The notes beneath the pieces were generated by a model. That model made no database searches, was not told the origin of the DNA, and worked only from the letters and a program-made list of their open reading frames with translations. Source: Octopus sinensis (lineage: Eukaryota). From it: a stretch of 64,000 nucleotides of DNA. The stretch spans positions 16,058,001-16,122,000 of the forward strand of contig NC_042998.1 of assembly GCF_006345805.1 (NCBI RefSeq), in the 5' to 3' direction. Positions 62,818 through 64,000 of this stretch are shown here, piece after piece; within the stretch, counting starts at the first letter, position 1, and each line of letters opens with the position of its first letter. The position numbers and the translations under genes are program-made.

Positions 62818-64000
62818 AATGGAATATACCAGATTTCAGTACGATAAAGGTAAATCTTTCTATCCGCTTTGTAAAAACGAAATATATTTCATCCGGTTCT
62901 CAGAGAATCCTCTAACAAACACGTTTAAAGAACGCGTTTATCGTTGCAAACTTTGGCAAAACATACCTTTATTTCCTATAAGTGATTTCTACCACTCTAT
63001 AAAATTCGGCCTTTAACTGTCTTCTTACATTTCACATCCACTACTGAACATATCTACTTCCAAGCCTTTACGATTTATTCATATTCACCTATCGCTCTAT
63101 ATCTCTCCACTATTAGTCTTCTGCTAATTTCTTTCTTTCTCCTTTTCTTTATATAAACTCTCTTTGATGTTATATCTATTAACGGTTATTTAAAAAAAAA
63201 AAAACTTGCTAGCGTTCCCTTCGTCATATACGCAATCATCACATTCTGTTAAGATGTCTTGCTGATGTGTTTGGTTTCTTTATTTCTCTGATGTGAAGAT
63301 TGCATTGTTTTACATCATTTTATTCTTTCTGGATTAATACAATGCTTCTTTGAAACATGTGTCGGAAGTAAAAAGATTTGAAAAACACTTGCAGTTAACT
63401 CCATTTATAAATGCGTGTGTGTGTGTGTGTAAGCAAATCGAAAATAAACGCACAAACAACAAAAGACAAAAGGTCGTACACAGTGATTGCTAAGATTAAA
63501 AAAGAAATGGGTGTTTATGCATGGCTCTTCGGCAGAAAGTGGATAGAGAAAATGTCCGGAAAGAAGGAACAATATAGTCAGTGAAAAGCACGTGAGTGAT
63601 AAGAAGGCTGAAGTCGTCAGAAATGGAGAGAGGTAGAGAAAGTGGTTTAAGAAGGCAGCAGAACGCGAAAATGACTCTGTGTGTGTGTTTGTGGTGCTGT
63701 GTGTGTTTGTGTTAATGTGATCGATGACTCTGTGAAGGGAGTGGTGCTGACAGGTTTAGCAGCAGTAGTTTAGATTCGATAGTGAGAGGTGAGGTGATGA
63801 TGTCTATGTGCGTGCTTTGGTGTTGCTGCGTGTGTGTCTGCGTATGGTGTTTGAATATGTACGTATTATTGTGTGTCCGGATGAGTGTGTATGTGTATGT
63901 ATGTATTTATGCGTGTGTGTGTGTATGTGTCTGTAATTATGAGCGCACATGAGTATGTGTATTGATGTGGGTGAAGGGTGTTTGTACATGCCAGCATATG

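Overview
AT-rich, microsatellite-saturated animal DNA with one 100-N scaffold gap (45431-45530). The repeat landscape suggests a coleoid cephalopod, probably Octopus (inference, not verified). No host gene can be assembled; there are only two weak candidate exons. The window is a mobile-element graveyard: about 30 copies of three tRNA-headed SINE families (called A, B, C here), CR1/L2-like, RTE-like and R4/Dong-like LINE pieces, a Penelope-like (PLE) GIY-YIG remnant, decayed Tc1, maT/mariner-like, hAT and Chapaev-like transposases, and Helitron-like non-autonomous elements. Most short ORFs in the supplied track are microsatellite artefacts. Two things stand out. (1) Small type-I hammerhead-ribozyme folds recur in several architectures: a 10-copy ~160-bp tandem array (54931-56504), a 571-bp partial-tandem retrozyme-like element (20188-21040), three fold-back pairs, a tRNA-headed SINE with a hammerhead tail, and dispersed PLE-type ends. 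Several carry a recurrent A6-to-U core variant plus an extra A. (2) A complete, TSD-flanked 2185-bp element encodes a zinc-knuckle gag/ORF1-like protein but no reverse transcriptase (49821-52005). All folds were read by eye; catalytic activity is untested.
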